A DNA stretch of 59,759 nt, counting the filler, from Sphacelaria rigidula (taxonomy: Eukaryota), in NCBI GenBank assembly GCA_964200075.2. It is 10 parts of 10 records of this genome, joined end to end, with 100 filler letters (N's around TTAATTAATTAA, not from the genome) between each part and the next. Parts side by side here need not be neighbours in the genome. Positions count along the whole stretch, not along the records: positions 29,933 to 35,818 come from CAXNAA020023733.1; positions 35,919 to 41,804 come from CAXNAA020023734.1; positions 41,905 to 47,789 come from CAXNAA020023735.1; positions 47,890 to 53,774 come from CAXNAA020023736.1; 6 more parts are not named here. One strand, written 5' to 3'. Under the pieces are notes generated by a model. The model saw nothing but the letters and a program-made list of their open reading frames with translations, ran no database searches and was not told where the DNA came from. Both the position numbers and the translations under genes were made by a program. Every line of letters starts with the position of its first letter. Positions within the stretch are counted from its first letter, which is position 1. This document shows, in pieces, positions 35,668 through 49,009 of this stretch.

Positions 35668-37277
35668 CAACGTTGTCGTGAAATTGAGAGTTGAAGATAC
35701 GATTGAGAATGAAAAGCGGTCAATTAGTTAATAAGCCGTTTCAGTTCCGAAATGCACCTCCACCAGGCCCAATATTCTCTCTTTAGTAGCTTGCCACTGA
35801 GGCCCTCGATACCCCTGANNNNNNNNNNNNNNNNNNNNNNNNNNNNNNNNNNNNNNNNNNNNTTAATTAATTAANNNNNNNNNNNNNNNNNNNNNNNNNN
35901 NNNNNNNNNNNNNNNNNNAAAACAAATTTGGACAATCTTTGAGAAACTAAGAAATTATGCATTCTGCATACTTCTGACGCTGACTACTGTATCTATCCTA
36001 TGGGGGGGGAGGTTGAGGAACTTTGATTTTTTTGCCGCCGGAACACTCAGGTGGACCATGAACACCTGAAAAAATGTGGGAAGTGGCAGCCTCCCTCACC
36101 TTGATAACGCCATACCACGCGAGTTGAGGGGGTGTTATTGGAGGAAAAGTGGATGAAAATTGAGGACCACTGAAACCAAAATCACAGGCGGATGTTTTGC
36201 TCGCTATTTGAATGGGTCGAATGGACATCCCAGCTTCGAAAGCCGCATCGAGGAAGAGGGTCATGATGCACGTCCAACTTCACATTTGCCCAGCCTTCGC
36301 TACCCAGTGCCAGTAAGCCGCGGGCTTGTGTGCGACTGCGTGATGACAGCGCCTTGCAACTTTGACGGGAGAAGGGCAACAAAAAACATTGTAGTGTGCG
36401 GTGTTCCCAAGGTTAGATCGCGACAACATGGTCTATCCGCTTCTTTCGCGGGACTGTGAGCCGAAAGTGTTGTACCGAAATGAGGCCCGGCGCTCAAAGG
36501 TGAAATATGTTCGTCGGCGTGAGAATGGTTGTCGCGTTAGCCTAGTACCACCAATCCTGCTGCCGTTGTGCAAAGCGGTGATGATGGTTGAAAGACAGAG
36601 CCTCTGTGCTGCCATATATTTGGAGTTGTTATGGTTTAACACTGGATTGGACGAACCAACAGAAGAGAGATAATCGAATGAAGGCCCAGGCGGACTTCGG
36701 GATTGCTGATCCAGTACTCGGTATCGATGAATAGGGCAAGTTCTGCCCAGGGGGGAGGGGGAGATGAGTTGAGCGTTACTGCAATTATGGATTTGTTCTG
36801 AGCAGAGGAGGGAAGAGAGAAAAGGAACGGGGAGCAAGTACGACAAGACCTGGAGATATCATGCACGAGTTGACGGTCCTAAGGACCGGTTATACAGGAG
36901 ACGAGAGGGGTGTGTCGAGATACATATTGCGTGAGGGAGCCACTGTGAGGCGCCGCTGTAATAAGCGACATGTTCCAAAGGATGGGATGTGCGTGCACCA
37001 CACGGCTCGAGACGGTAACTATGAACACAGTTGAAAAGACCACGCACATATATAATGAATATTCGTGCACTCACTGACCTGAAACGAAGCCTGCACAAAT
37101 CATGGTCCCACTACCGATCAGACAAGACATGAGTCAGTCTATTTTCACGCATTCTACCGTGTGTACTGTAGTTCGTACGCTCATGCAAGAACACCGTTTG
37201 TGCGCAAGTGTAACAACACTCGTATGGACCAGACCACAAGCCATGGATAATGACGTTTGCATTATTATTATTCATCG

Positions 37278-37764
37278 CTACCCCTTCTTGGAGATCGCGT
37301 AGTACCCCTGAACCGCGATCCAAGTGATCGCGGGAACTACGGCGATCAAGTCCACCGCCACTAGCAGTAGCACACCCTGCGTGATCTCCCCTCTCAACAA
37401 GAATACCGTCTCCAGCACATCCACCACAACAGGCGAGAAGGAGAACGTTAAGATGAGCACCCATCTCGGCACTTCCCTCCTTCGACGCCGAGGTGGCCCG
37501 GCCGACGCACTGCCTGCACCGGCCGCCGTCCCCGTGCGACTTCGGCACATGGTTGGGCCGAGCACGATGCCGAGGACTGCGAGGAGAAGGCCTATGGCGC
37601 CGACGGTCCAGTCGGCGTTATTCATGGTCGCGTAGATGTAGGCGCCGAACATGGCCATGTTGGTGAGGGCCTGCAAAACGGTGCGGTTGAAACCTTCGAT
37701 TCGAACGTCTAGGTCGTCATCCAGTACTCCTGTGGAGAGGATGACCAGCGGCTCGCCCAGAAAC
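37278..37764 (-). CDS. Terminal exon of an unknown multi-pass membrane protein
   Basis: Acceptor acacag|G TTT CTG. Open to TAG at 37278. About four hydrophobic segments. Phase matches the upstream exon (AG|G = Arg). Confidence 0.75.
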
Positions 37765-38009
37765 CTGTGTATGTGTGTGGGCAAAGCAGGATCGTATGGG
37801 TGCGTGTAAAACACTTGTTTTGCAATAGGGAAAGTAGAAAGAGAGGGATAACACTTCCGAGTCACGCCAAGACAGAGCGCGAGTAAGGAGTGGAAAAGGA
37901 TAGAGACAAGCAACTCCTGTGTTGGCCTTCGGCTTGTGTCACTCCAGTTGATGCGCCCATGTATACCGAGAGGTGCAGATTGGTGTGCAGAATAGATGGG
38001 ATGACAACA

Positions 38010-39762
38010 CAACAACGCACTGTTTATTTGTAGACGTGCAGAAGGCCTATGACAAAGGATGGAAACATATGTGGGAAACTGGGATCAGAGGAAGGACGTG
38101 GAGATTGGTGAGGATGGCAGGGTGTGCCAAGAGTGCTGTGACACTACACGGGGGAATATCGAAGTGTTTTGACATCTTACAAGGAGTTGCACAAGGATGT
38201 ATGTTATCACCCATTCAGTGCGAAGCGTTCATAAAGGAGCAGAAAATCAAGGAGTGAAGTGGGTGTACGTCATCACCTGATGACGGCAATGGGAGCAGCG
38301 CAGCAGGGAGTGGAGGTGGGCGAAGATACGGTATCGGGATCGATTAATCATTTCGTGGGTATACGAAACACCAGGAGGATTGCCGAAGTAAATGGAGAAG
38401 GCGTTAGAATACACTAGAAAATGGAGAGTGGCCGGGGATGTCAACAAACGCGCGATACTTGTACGTGACGAAGATGAGAAAAAGCCGGTGGATTTCAAAT
38501 GAAAGTGGGGAGAAGAGGAACTGCCGGTCGTAGACCAATGTACATATCTTGGCATAAAGATACAGGAAAACTGTTGGGATGCGCACATGAATGAAGTGCT
38601 GAAGGAGGGTAAGGTACAGGTGGGCAGGATGGACGTGATCGTACGAGATTCGCACCTAGAAAGTAGGATTAAGATTTGTTCTCTTATGTAAGTTACTGCA
38701 CCAAAGCTGGAATATGCAGAACTATGAGAGGGGAGCGTGAACTTCGCGAAGAAGTTGAAAAACAGCTTAGATGACAGCAGCTAAGAAAATACTCATGTGC
38801 TCAAAAACGGCGAATAATACGGCTTTGAGAGCAGAATTGGGATTGTACCCTCTTGAAATAAATACAGACTTGAGAAAACTGAAACGGTAACATGGCGTAA
38901 AGAACACGTCGAGGAAGAGATTTGCCAGCCACACTTGATGAAGCCATATGGAAGGAAGTGACGAAAGGGCAGGCTGAGATTTGGTGCGATAGCGTAGTCG
39001 AAAAAGTATGGAAGGACGTATAAGAGAACAACGACGATGTACTGTCCACAGGTGCATGTGGTGGATGTAAGACGGACGTAGGAGGTATCTTGAAAATGAG
39101 AGAAACAAAAACGTTCAGACAGAAAGTAGACTAAGAAGAATACCTGGAGATAAGGATGAAAACATATCTGCATGGGCCAATGAACTCCGCGAAAGAAATG
39201 AAACTGCGATTTCGGGTGGGAGACTAGGGACCTGCCACAAAGAAGGAAGAGGTATTCCGGTAGTCGAGAAGAGGAGGAAGTAGGTGAATAGAATTGCCCC
39301 TGTGGCGAAGCAATAAAGAGTAGAACTCATGGAGTAGCAGGATGTAAGCTAGACAAGGAGGAACGGAAAGTGTTTTGAGGAGGGAATGTGAAGGGTAAAC
39401 GGAGGTGGCATGGGATGGTTTGATACGTAAGGCAGTGGCGAGAAAACGATAATCATACAAGGAGATTGTGGCAACGAGGAAACAGGACGGGGATAAGATA
39501 TATAAAAAGGTTTTTTGTGTAATGTGTGGAAGAAACGTGATGAGTGCCGAAATGTTCGAGGTGTCTCTATTAGGGGTGGCAACGGTGCTCCGTTTCGCAA
39601 GAGATGCACGGTCAATTGTCAAGTGTCAATTGTCAAACGACCGGGGCAAGCAACAGAACAGTACCCCCTCCCCCTCTTCCTTATACATCCATGCTCCGTC
39701 TCGAAAGGGATGCGTGGTGAATGGTCAAATAACTAAGGCAAACAGCAAATGAGTACGCGCCC
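38010..39762 (+). pseudogene. Degenerate LINE (RT to 3' end) inside an intron, antisense to the host gene
   Basis: FVDVQKAYD, GVAQGCMLSP, KWRVAGDVNK and YLGIKI fragments with many stops. Ends in the recurrent GTCTCGAAAGGGATGCGTGGT.AATGGTCAAA...AAATGAGTACGC tail. Confidence 0.85.
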
Positions 39763-39779
39763 TATACACACACACATAC

Positions 39780-40597
39780 CTCCTGTCCCTGTCGACCAAG
39801 AAGGCGATGACGACATGCACCAGCGCCAGCACCTCCATCGCGCTAGACGTGAGGTACACATACTGCTCGAACGAGTCCAACTCCCAGGCTCGCTCGTTCC
39901 ACGCGTTGAGCGTGCTCAGGTACACCTCCAGCGCGCTCAGGAGCAGGGTGTGCACGATGGCGGACGTCTTGGTCCGTCCTCTGTCGCCGAAGGTGGCAGC
40001 CGCGGCGGCCGCGGAGTCCGACGATCGAAAGGGGACAAAAGGCGGCGATGATGACAATGCGGCCATCCGTGTTCCCGGGCCAAGCGATGGCAGCTGTGGT
40101 GGCGGTGGCGCTGTAAGGGCAAGCCGGCCGCGGGTGCCCTCAGTGCCGGCCCTCCTCTGTGCGTCCGCATCCAGCCGGGTGGGGGGCGAGGGGATGCTTG
40201 TGGCCCTGGTCTGTGATGCGCCGTTGGTGTTGGCCTGTGCCACTTGATAGGAGTGAGGAATGATAGACGTTGCTGGTGCTGTTGTTGGAGCTGCTGCTGC
40301 TGCTGGTTCCCTGCGGAGTTGTGCTCCTACTACTACTCCGCCAGAGCCGCGGCCGACGGTATCCTTGTCCCCTAGAGATTCCTCATCTCCGATAGCTATC
40401 TCAGCCGGGCCGCCTAAGCCGTCGTCGTGCTTGTCCGAACTGCTGTCATTCTGGTTTTCGTCGTTGTCGTCGAAGTCCTCGTCTGTGCTCGCCGTGCCCA
40501 GTGAAGGGGTTGGAGGAGGCGGTGGTAAATAGCTCGGCAGCGGTAGACTGTAACTCCCACGTTGACCTCGTTTCGTCCCTGGCTTTGCAGGTTCAAC
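39780..40597 (-). CDS. Upstream exon of the same membrane protein (5' boundary approximate)
   Basis: GC-rich open frame with an acidic/Pro/Ala low-complexity region followed by two hydrophobic helices. Donor GACAGGAG|gtatgtg at 39780/39779. Confidence 0.7.
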
Positions 40598-40739
40598 TGT
40601 TGGGTCGCGCGCGCGCGTGAGGGAGGGTAATGGATTTCCACACGTGAAAACCGCCAACGTTAGAAGCGTAGGCCTAGGTTTAAACATCACGAAAAAGAAC
40701 ACACGCCCCCGCCCCCATCCTCCCCTTACGCGGCCGAAA

Positions 40740-41560
40740 AACCTGTAATCGGTATGTGTATCGCCCACGGTAGGTACATTCTTCTTGTTCTTTCCCCCGG
40801 TCTCCTCCGCTACCCCCTCCCGCTGTCCTCAAGATATTCATGGAACCCTGTCCCATCTGCTTCGAGAAAGCCTCAAGATGGGGGATGTGTGCTGCACACG
40901 GTCGGCACACTTTCATTGCCGTCAATTGTTGTAGTAGTGTTGGTCGGGGGTTGTGGTATGTCGTACCTCTTTGTCCTTTTTCTATGTCATCGGGAATATT
41001 TTCGTCGGCATCCCGCTCTCCGGCGCTGGATCCACCACCGACACGATGTCTGCCCGAACCGCTCGTCGTTCGCTGCTGATGCCGCGGAGGTGGCTGCGTC
41101 GGCAGCCGCGGCGAATGTCGAGGTCGCCTTGTTTTTTGCGGTTGAAGTAGCGCCCGTCCGGATCGATAGATGTCCGCTTCGCGGACAGCCCCCGATAGCA
41201 ATGGCGGGGGAGCATACAGATCGTCCTCTGGATCTCCTGGTGATTGTTGTCGGTGTCGTTGTTGCTGCACTCTTCGCGATCCCGATCGTGCACTGCCATC
41301 GTTCGGGTTTCCGCCGCGGCGGTGGACACCGTTTGTTGTTGCGGCGCTGCCAACGACTTCGACAGCGGTGGCGTCCGTTCTTCGCCGAAAGCTAGGCTGC
41401 GGCCCCGGAAGCGCGATCACGGTTGTCCGCTTGCTGGGAACCTTTCCGGCGCTTGCCCACGCCCGCGATCTCGTCATGGATACCCCGTCGTCGATGGTAC
41501 CGGTGACTGACCGTAACGTCGGTCTCTCCGTGGATATCTTGGAGTCTCTCTCGTCCATTT
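40740..41560 (-). CDS. Probable first exon (low-complexity, disordered N-terminus) of the membrane protein gene; boundaries uncertain
   Basis: 323-codon GC-rich ORF (40680-41651) with a candidate ATG (MDERDSK) at ~41558. Same strand as, and directly upstream of, the exons above. Confidence 0.45.
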
Positions 41561-41904
41561 GTTGTTGGCTGGGTGGGCGAGGCTCTTTCCTTCCTCTCCT
41601 CTGGTGCCTGCTTGGCTTGGTCTTGTTTTCGATCAGTGCACTTTCTCCCACCTGGCTTACTATCTTTTTGGTGTTTGTTTCTCGTTTCTCGATCTCTTCT
41701 CCCTTTTTTTTTTTTTCCTTTTTTGTCCCTCTGCCGTTCGGAGTGTTTGTAGATTCAATCCATACATGTTGGGCACGCGGGGAGTTGTAGCGGGCGCGCG
41801 GGGGNNNNNNNNNNNNNNNNNNNNNNNNNNNNNNNNNNNNNNNNNNNNTTAATTAATTAANNNNNNNNNNNNNNNNNNNNNNNNNNNNNNNNNNNNNNNN
41901 NNNN

Positions 41905-41974
41905 GGAATCGAACCCCCCTACCCAACCATCAGAAGGTTACGAGGTTGCCAACTGAGCCACCGGGGCGACCGGC
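41905..41974 (-). mobile_element. tRNA-derived SINE head (same family as 28014)
   Basis: Reverse complement is GCCGGTCGCCCCGGTGGCTCAGTTGG...GGTTCGATTCC. Confidence 0.8.
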
Positions 41975-43649
41975 TCGTATGTGTAGGTTATTTTGCAAAC
42001 TGACGTGAAATAAACGAAATGAAGAACGGGAGAATTACTGGATCTGCAACAACAGTCAGTAGTACTGTGTGCTGCAGACCGCGATCAATGTGCACCAGCT
42101 GAGAGGATGGCCGACACCAGCGCCGCAGCAGGGGTTGACAGCTCGGCTGGTGTACGCGCTTCACGGGCAGTGGAGGAAAGCGTAGGAGCTGAGAATACCA
42201 ACACGTCCAATGCAAGGTGAGCTTCTTTGGATGTCGTTAGCAGCAGATCAAGCAAGCACTGAACAGAACATGTACTGGTGGTACATCAGAGTGGGACAAC
42301 ATGGATACATGCGCAGCCAACGCCGCACGAAGATCAGATTACAGGTAGTGCGGTGACACGAAGTGGCAATGTAACATCAACGTGTGCCAGGCGCAGCGCT
42401 TGTTGTGTGTGTGAGCCGGTCATGTAAGGTCTGCACAACACGCCCTGCCGCGGAGACATTTTTGGCCACGCCAATCTGCCAGTACCCGTTTGCGGCAATT
42501 GCGGCAATATTATACCGTAGTACAATGTTCACCTTTCCAGGAGGTCGGTTGGCTTTTAGATCCGGTGTATTTGTTAAACCATACCGTGAAAAGTTAACGT
42601 CTTACGTGCGCTGCATTGCAACCTGACTTCTCCATTCGTTCGGTGGATCGGATAATGGATCGGCTTTGATTGTCATACCGAGAACGAAATTATCGTGCTG
42701 CTTCCACACCAGAGAAGCGGGGGTCGCTTAGTTGACGTGCCGTTAACGCGTAGGAAATGCCGAGGCGAAAACCGATTAGCCTCCCGCACCATCATCCTCC
42801 GGATTTGCCAACTCGACGAGCGCCATCACCAGTAGACAGCCAATATCTGCTGGAAATAAGACGGTTGCAGCGCTCAAAGCGAGGCTTCTGCGGGAGACTG
42901 AACCGGGGAAGACGGAGCGCAAGGTTTGCAAGCAACCTGTCGACACTACGGGGAGGGGAATGGGAGGGGCTCGGCTGAAACAGCACGAGAGGTCTGCTAT
43001 AGTAAGTCTCGAGTACGTACTGTTTTTGTCAGGGTCTGACCTTTCACACGATATAGTTCCTCCACTTTTTCTCCGTGGAACAGCCAAACCGTCCATCCCT
43101 TCTAGGTTAGGCGGCGGATGGAAAAAAAGTACGCAAATGAACCCTATGCCCGAGCTATGCATTTTGCACCCTTACATGAAGTTGTAATTTTATCTCGCAG
43201 ACGGTGTGACTTTTGAGTGTTGTTTCGAACTTGTGCGGTACGTAGGAACGCGACAAAGCCTCAGGAAGCGGGAGCTGGCGATCACCACCGTGGCAACAAC
43301 GAACGCTGCCGGCGAGTGGATCTGCTCGTGCAATCATGTCTTCGGCAAAGATGTGAAAAGACTGACTGAAGCCTTCGTTAAAAGACACACAAAAACTCCG
43401 GCAAGCACAGGTGAGCTTTTCCTCAATGCGTGAGTGTGGTGCTATCCAAACCTCGAATTATTGGGATGCGAAAAAAAGCGCGCGTGGAGAAAAAGAATGG
43501 TTCCCTTCGTCATCACAGAGTTTGTTTGAGTGTGTTATCGCTACTACTCTGAATCTCGCTGAGCACCTGATCGAGTCACCGAGGGTTGCTCAAACGGTCA
43601 AAGAAACGATCGCCGCTGTTTGTTGCTGTGTCATATGGCCAGGGCGCGA

Positions 43650-44765
43650 ATGGTGGTGGAAGAAGGGGCTTCGTTCCAACCTCACGATGTTTGAGCTTCT
43701 TTGCGAATACCCCAGCTGCATCGAGCGGACCTCAGACGGAGCCAGCAAGAGCAACATCGGATCCCGCAGCTGATGACAGCGGAGACGCAGAGGCCGGTGA
43801 TGTCGAGCTGGTAGTGGGCAGCGATACTGAGACCGGAAGTTGTCGTGGTGGCGGAGATAATGATGTCATCCTGGAGAGGATTGGCCCACCACCTTCTCCT
43901 GCACAGCCCACGACCTTGGGGTTGCCAGTGGAGCGGTTTCCGTGTTCGGGCTGTGCGCTGAACATCCCCCGTCCTGCTTTTCGAAACTACACCATCGATT
44001 TACACGATGGGGCTCATGGGCACTGCCGCTTTCCCTGGCGCGCGGTCGTCACGACCGACTCCGTCGTCGTTCATGCGGAGTCGGTAGTTGGCGACAGGGG
44101 CGAAACATGCGCCGTGTTTGTCGACGAGGAAGGGATATATTGCGCGAGCTGTTCAAGATTGGAACACAACATACTACTGCGAGGTATGCGCCTTTATAAG
44201 ATCGAGCAAAATTGTCGTTTCGGACTTGCTATTTCCTCTTGTAAGTGGATAGGATGACTCCAACCTTAGTTGAATACCTCTTGTTTTTCACTCGCATGAG
44301 TACATAATGTAGTCTACCGTGTACCGCCGTAACTGGTGTCGAATTTCCTCCTTGCCGAAAAAAAGTAGCGGAGCGCGGTCACTGTTTCATCGTCAGGGGA
44401 ACACATGTTCAGGTGTCGTTGTCTTGGTTTATACCGCGGACATGAAGCTCGGAAGAGGAAAGCAGCAAAGATTCGTGTGGACGAAAGCGCGCAACCTAGC
44501 AACTTTCTGGAAGTCAGCTGCACCACAGTAATAGTTCTCGCCCAAGCAGCGGCATAATTATCGCATGCGTTGCCATTGCCAGGTATCTGTGATCGGGCCA
44601 GGCTGTCCGTACAGAACTCGGAAGCCGGACACCTCAACTATCGCTATCTGACGGCCGATCAATGTGAAGAAAGAGGGCGCACGTACTCGAAGCGGATTGA
44701 CAAGGGGCGACTGCGGCAGCTCAACCTCATGGAGCAGGCGATACGGATAGCGAACCGCTTCGACA
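43650..44765 (+). pseudogene. Degenerate Cys-containing TE-like coding sequence, possibly spliced
   Basis: FPCSGCAL...CAVFVDEEGIYCASCSRL (possible donor GAG|gtatgc at ~44183), later HLNYRYLTADQCEER...QAIRIANRFD. This part is duplicated in inverted orientation at ~46700-46860. Confidence 0.45.
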
Positions 44766-46460
44766 AGAAATGTTGCAATAGCCGATCGATAGTCTACGGC
44801 AATTACAATAGATGAAGATCACTCGTTATTGATGGACATCGTGTACCGCAGCAGATTCTGGGATGTGTGTATCAATAGCCAGTGCCGCAATCAAAAGGTT
44901 TCGTGAGCCACCCATCGATAGTCATGGCCATTATCAGTAGGTTTGACAAGACATCCATCGACAGTCATTGCCGTGATCAATAGATTAGGTGAGTCATTTA
45001 TCAATACCTACTTTACCGTCATCCATAGATTTGGCGAGCCGTCTATCGTAGCCTCTGCCGCGAACAATGCATTGTTTGGTATATATATCAATATGGGTAT
45101 TGCCGTCAGCAATCGATTGTTCTCGGGAGCACCTATCGATATCCAGTAACGTCAACGATAGGTATTGAAAAATAGATTGCTCACTGCAGTGGTCTCATGA
45201 CATCAATGGCAATACCTCTTACATATTAACACGCAACGACCTGAAACGGTAGCTAGCCATAGCTTCTTTCGAATAAGGTAGAAACAAACATCGAAATATG
45301 TGAATACATTGCGCTATTGATCGACGCCATTCGGCTACCATTGTGGTCAGCAATATATATATTAGTGACCGCGATGCAGTTTCTGGTGTGACCCTCACTA
45401 GACGTTGGTGGGCGCAGTTTAAATCCTTTTGTGACCAACAATATGTATTGGTGGCCGCGTGGCAGATCCTATTGTGATTAGCAATAGACATTGGTGGCCA
45501 CAATTAAGAGCCTATAGCAACAAATAAAGTGTATCGACAGACAAGTTGGCCCCTCCGTTGTCACGGCAATGATACCTTCCGTCCCTTGCCTCGAATATAT
45601 TGTCGCCTACAATAGCTATCGATAGACATTGATGCCAGCCGAATATAACAGACAATGAACATTGACAGTCAAATTTTCGAGGATATTGCAGCGCCAATGT
45701 TCTACTACATAGTATGGTGTACAGGGTATAAGCATATCTCACCCACAAAAGTACTGTAAGCGCTCATGTCCATCAGAGGGACAATCACAAGTACCAACAC
45801 CACACCAAAAACACAACGTGTACACTTTTGTAACACATATTGCGGATTCATACAAAATGCAAGCGTTCTAAAATTGTAGAAACGTCATGTCATGTATTCA
45901 CAAGTAGTATCATGATATACCCACTGCATGTCCATCTGCGACTTCTCTACCGTACCTTAACGGAGTATGATATGCTCTATACGTAGTATGTTGCGATGTA
46001 GGTGTGGCAATAGACGACAGATAATATCTATCGGTAGGTATTGTGTACCACAGTAGATTATGCATCCATTTTCATTGCCGGCATGCATAGATTTGTACGC
46101 AATCTATCAATAGCTATTGCCGCCATCAATAGATTTGGTATGCAATCTGTCAATAGCCATCGTCGTCATCAATAGATTTGGCACACTGTATATCGATAGC
46201 AATTGTCATCAATAGACTTGAAAAACCATCGATCGATACATTTGGTCGGCCGCAATAGATTTCGGTATAGGACCACAGCAGACTGCTGCTCAGACAAGAG
46301 TGTGGAAAAGTGGTCTATCGATATGCATTGACAACGACAATAAAAACAGAAACTTGCCGATTGATGGCCATTACGGACGACAATATCGGCATCTACTGCA
46401 GCAGATTCTATCGCTATCGCAATAGATGCCGTCTATGATCCAGGGTGTGAACCCCATGAG

Positions 46461-46723
46461 GCAGGCGATACGGATAGCGAACCGCCTCGACCCAGTGAAG
46501 CGCTTTGTGCTGTTCCTGAGAAAGAACCACGTGCCGGAACTTCGGCGTCACATGGGACAGATGCTGAAGGAGGTTTACTCACAGCCGAATGCGAAATGCT
46601 CAACAGTAAACCTCCTCCAGCATCTGTCCCATGTGACGCCGAAGTTCCGGCACGTGGTTCTTTCTCAGGAACAGCACAAAGCGCTTCACTGGGTCGAGGC
46701 GGTTCGCTATTCGTGTCACCTGC
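46461..46723. repeat. Near-perfect long hairpin (~119-bp arms, 25-nt loop)
   Basis: 46461-46579 is the reverse complement of 46605-46723 with only a few mismatches. Confidence 0.92.
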
Positions 46724-48970
46724 TCCATGAGGTTAAGCTACTGCAGTCGACCCTCGTCAATCCGCTTCAAGTACGTGCGCCCTCTTTCTTCACATTGATC
46801 GGCCGTCAGATAGCGGTAGTTGAAGTGTCGGGGTTCCGAGTTCTGTACGGACAGCGTAGCCCGATACACCGAGATTTCTCCGTTCGTCGAGGTCAACAAT
46901 AAGCAGGTGATGGCGTGGGTGGAGGAGGGGCGGGGGTGCTGTTTGCACATGACCACCGGCTATTTCTTGAATCATTTCACCGGGCAAGCACGATGCACAT
47001 CTGGTTTCGGTAATCGTATCACTGCTGTTTGCCTTCACTCTTTGCAGTGGGCACACTACTTCGTTTCGCGTTTTATCACACCGTCAAACAGAGCTCCCAA
47101 CACTGTTGGCACACGGTTGGCACGTTAAATTCGCGCAGGTCACAGATCATCACCTCTGGACGTGTTGAAAATGTATTCGCCGCAGGTGTACGAGCAAACT
47201 GCCATATTCTCTCGACCTTGGCGCTGAGGCCGAATCAGCTTGCCGGGATCGTTCCTCTACGGTCCGGGGGTTTACATCGACGTCGTCCGCTAATAGCGCC
47301 TCACGTACGGAGGTCTCTTCGAGTGACATATCAGTTTGCTGCATTTTTACATCTCCGACAACATAGGGTCGCACTCCTTAGTTCTGTTTCAGATAACTGC
47401 TGTTGTGAAGAAGGCCGGTGCAGGGGTTGTGAATTTCGCAGGGAAGGTGGGTGGCCGCCTTTTACGGATCGCTGAGGTCAAGGGACGGTCATCACCGGAC
47501 GCAGGGAGAACGCGGGAGTGGGATCGGACGCAACACAAAGATCTGCACCGTGATCACCATACAATCTTCTCCAATCTTGCGATACCCCTCGATCCCTGCA
47601 TGAGCGAAGACTTCTAAACGTTCCTGTTCACACACGGTGGGCTCCAGGGACTGACGGAGGCTCTTATTAGCGCGGTTGATGGATTAAACGGTTAGGGTGC
47701 CCTGTCGACGCAGCTGGGATACGAGCTGGACCAACCTAGAGGCGGATTTGAAGTTTGCAGGCCCATGCTCTTTTATACATTAAGAGTTGNNNNNNNNNNN
47801 NNNNNNNNNNNNNNNNNNNNNNNNNNNNNNNNNTTAATTAATTAANNNNNNNNNNNNNNNNNNNNNNNNNNNNNNNNNNNNNNNNNNNNGGCACATGCTG
47901 GTAAGATCAACGATGCCAGTCTCTCGAGAGTTTGGTAATCACCGAGCGGGGACACACAAAGGGCACGGGCGAGGAGCTTCCTCTCTGTCGTTGCTTCTCT
48001 CTCTGGTGATACCGTCATCGACACGCATGTGCACCGCATTTCGTTGGTTGCACCTAGCCAGAGTTGCTTAACCCTTGGACCGCGGTGCCCGTAGTCCATC
48101 TGGACCACGTGTGTACATTTTCCAAGTACATATTGATGCCGACTCAGCAGGTGACCTACTCTCGCGGTCTGACGGTCAAGTCCTCCTGCGGAGTTTGGGG
48201 GGGGAAGATGCTTTCGCTCTGTGTTACTCTTTCGTATCTTCCCTGCGATAGAGAAATACGACTTCAGCCCCATTTTAGTGTTGAACCCCAAAATATAAAG
48301 TTGGCTGTTGATTGTTGATAGCACTGCGACTAGTTCAGGCGCCGTGCTCGCCTTTTGAGGATTATTTGTGCTTCACGGAAAGGCGGGAAAGGCACGGCAC
48401 GGGTGTAATTCGTGCGCGAAAGACATGGCACGGGCACGTTGGACCTCAACTCCCACCAGCGGGGTATTGTCATCCTCTGTTTCTAGAGCTCACGTCACAT
48501 ACAGTTGCGGCCCGGAGATAAGAAACGCTAATTTGGGGTTGAGACCTAAAGTCTTATTTCGGGCGCAAACACCAGCATAAGTTGTGGTTTTTCTTATATT
48601 GAGTTTTCTCATATTTTTGGGCGACCGGATCCTGTTGATTTTCTTAAACTATTGTCGTTTTCTTATATTCTCGATGTCCTGCTTCCGCCAACTCCTCGCT
48701 GCACGCAAATTACCCAACAAAAAGCCCCCCCGTAGGTCTACAGTGTTTAGCATGAAACATCCGTAAATCAAGAACGTATGCCGCTTCCACAAAAAGTACA
48801 GTTTAGCGGGGGGGGGGGGGGGGGGGGCTGGAAATAGGGGGGACGGTTGGTTTGTGGGGGGGGGTTTTCTTGTCACCTCTTTTTTTTTTTTTTTTTTTCT
48901 TTTTTNNNNNNNNNNGTGTAGAGGTTTAGAGTAAAGCACAAACAAAGAAAGGAGGGCGGGGGGCACATGA

Positions 48971-49009
<39 letters not shown>

